A stretch of DNA of 53,405 nucleotides, the filler included, from Jimgerdemannia flammicorona (taxonomy: Eukaryota), in assembly GCA_003990765.1 (NCBI GenBank). It is 3 parts of 3 records of this genome, joined end to end, with 100 filler letters (N's around TTAATTAATTAA, not from the genome) between each part and the next. Parts side by side here need not be neighbours in the genome. Positions count along the whole stretch, not along the records: positions 35,672 to 53,405 come from RBNJ01002433.1; 2 more parts are not named here. One strand, 5' to 3'. A model generated the notes under the pieces. That model worked only from the letters and a program-made list of their open reading frames with translations, was not told where the DNA came from and searched no databases. Shown piece by piece: positions 51,537 to 53,405 of the stretch. Every line of letters begins with the position of its first letter. Positions within the stretch are counted from its first letter, which is position 1. A program made the position numbers and the translations under genes.

Positions 51537-53302
51537 ATGCCCAGAAAATTCCAAGCATAACAACTTGGTCTACGATGTCTTTGGGTGGATATGCACTGTA
51601 GTCCTCGACATCTTCTTCCTCGAGATCAGACCGCGCGGTGCGCACCGCATCCCGTTGAGGGACCCGTCATTTTCGTTGCTGCGCCCCATTCCAACCATGT
51701 GAGAGTTTGCTCCATGTCTGTCAAACACAAAGATTCACAGAATGGTTAGAGTGATTGTCGATATATACGTCTAAGCTGGTGTGGTGGTCTGACAGTAATG
51801 TGGCGCTCAGAATCGAAACAAGAGCCTACGTCGCAAGCGCTCCTTGCCAAGAGACCATACTTAACATCTTGATGGAATGGACGGCCGAGAAACACACCTT
51901 ACTGATTCCGTCATAACTCCTCAATCTCTAGTTCGTTGATGCCATGACCTTGATGCGAGAATGCCGCCACCGCGTCTCTTTCCTTATCACCGAGAAATCC
52001 ATGCACCAATGGGGCATCGGGTTCTTTACCAAAATGATCCACACCAGTGCGTATTTTGTGTTTTTGTTTTGTGAGTCTGTAGTTTTGATGGTACTTGGAG
52101 GAAAAAAGATACAAAATATTGGTGAAATTCGCTTGACGATGGTTTACATAAACCTTTCACGTCCACTAATTTTAACCCCCTTACCCCACTCCTATGCAGT
52201 CCCCGTCGTCCATCCCCAAGACCTCGCCAAGCCCGGCGTCGGCATGATCCAACTCTTGAACATCAAGACCGACCCCCTTCACATCACGGGTCTGAACATG
52301 TGCTTCACCACGCAGCTCCATGTGGGCGACTCGATCTCGCTCCCCAAGGGTCTTGGTTCCGCTGAGGTGACACAGATTGTCTCGGATACGGAGCTATTGA
52401 TAAAGAAGGAATTCAAGGAGCTCAGGGCCATCGAACTGCTCACCAGTGAGGAGGGCTGCCCCTTCAAGTGCCTGCCCCATGTCGACCAGGAATCCATCTA
52501 CAGGAGTGTTCACAAGACCCTCAATGAAGGGAACTGCATTGCCATCTTCCCCGAGGGTGGCTCCCGCGATCGCGCAGAAATGCTGCCGCTCAAGGCCGGT
52601 TTCACTGTCATGGCGCTATGCATGCGCATCCAGGGCTCGATGTGAAGATCGTTCCATGCGGGCTAAACTATTTCCATCCACACAAGTTCCACTCGTGTGC
52701 CGTAATCGAATTTGGTGCGCCTCGCTGGAGCTCGTTGAAAAGTTCAAGAATGGCAGGGCTGAAAAGCACGAGGTGTGAGGAAAGCTGCTGGACACTATCT
52801 ATAATGCCCTCAAAAGCGTTACTGTTAGGGCGTCGGACTATGAAACCCTTATGGTTAGTAGGGATTTGAAGAAAGGATCGTTATGATAGTGCGGGAAGGA
52901 TGCTATATAGGAAGCAGGAGGAAAGTGGTAGTGAGTGCTCATGAGATGCACCAATTCTATAATCATTGAACCCAATCACTAATAATCATATATATCTCCC
53001 GACTTCATCTAACCAGCTCATCCAAGCCGCCCGCCGCTTATACAAGCCCATGCATCGTAAGCTCCACATCTTGCAGGTTGTGGACTGAATTGGCGCTTCG
53101 TCTACGGCTACGATAAGTATAAGGAGGATCCCAGAGTGATGGAACTGCAGCAGAAAGTCCTAGCATACAACCAGCTCCAGAAGTACCGCGGCCTACGTGA
53201 TCACCAGGTCAACAAGACCTCCCTCGGTGGGCCCCGCGCATTCGGCCTGTTGTTATACCGCTTCGCTGTGCTAGTTGTGTGGGGATTACTGTCGTTCCCG
53301 AG
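51537..53302 (+). pseudogene. Glycerol-3-phosphate/DHAP acyltransferase (yeast Sct1/Gpt2 type), frameshifted; continues past window end
   Basis: Exons ~51537-51698, 51932-52047, 52200-52853 and 53016-53302. Motifs LDIFF.EIRPRG, GPVIFVAAPHSN-FVDA, IFPEGGS.DR, VKIVPCGLNYFHPHKF and QAARRLYKP. Frameshifts near 51540, 51655, 52620, 52725 and 53083. Confidence 0.85.
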
Positions 53303-53405
53303 GTAAGTGGGTTGGGTATATTGGAAGGTTTGGCTAAGGGGGGGCTGGGGGGCTGGGGGGAAGGGGGGGGGGCCAATGTTAATTACGGGTCAGAGATTGC
53401 GGCAG

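Overview
Eukaryotic genomic DNA from an intron-rich fungus. Gene style suggests an early-diverging, Mucoromycota-like lineage, but this is inference. Three contigs are joined by artificial 100-nt N-TTAATTAATTAA-N linkers (17737-17836, 35572-35671). Contig 1 (1-17736) is a nest of decayed Ty3/gypsy LTR retrotransposons. A complete family-A element (3274-12139; 1.58-kb LTRs, PBS, PPT, 4-bp TSD) and a family-B element are both inserted into the integrase of an older family-C element. All three families carry a dUTPase, in two different domain positions. Family A also has a previously about 465-codon third ORF that starts just after pol and runs through the PPT across two-thirds of the LTR. Contig 2 holds an intact 10-exon TBC Rab-GAP gene, an intronless MPDU1-like PQ-loop gene, an alpha/beta-hydrolase relic, a near full-length L1/Tx1-like LINE and a second family-B copy. 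Contig 3 holds the 5' part of an NB-ARC NLR gene whose short N-terminus has no effector domain and looks like an amyloid-signalling motif. It also has a copia fragment, a third family-A LTR, a decayed IS630/Tc1-like transposon and a frameshifted glycerol-3-phosphate acyltransferase gene. Repeats are almost devoid of CpG and full of C>T/G>A changes, whereas genes keep CpG.
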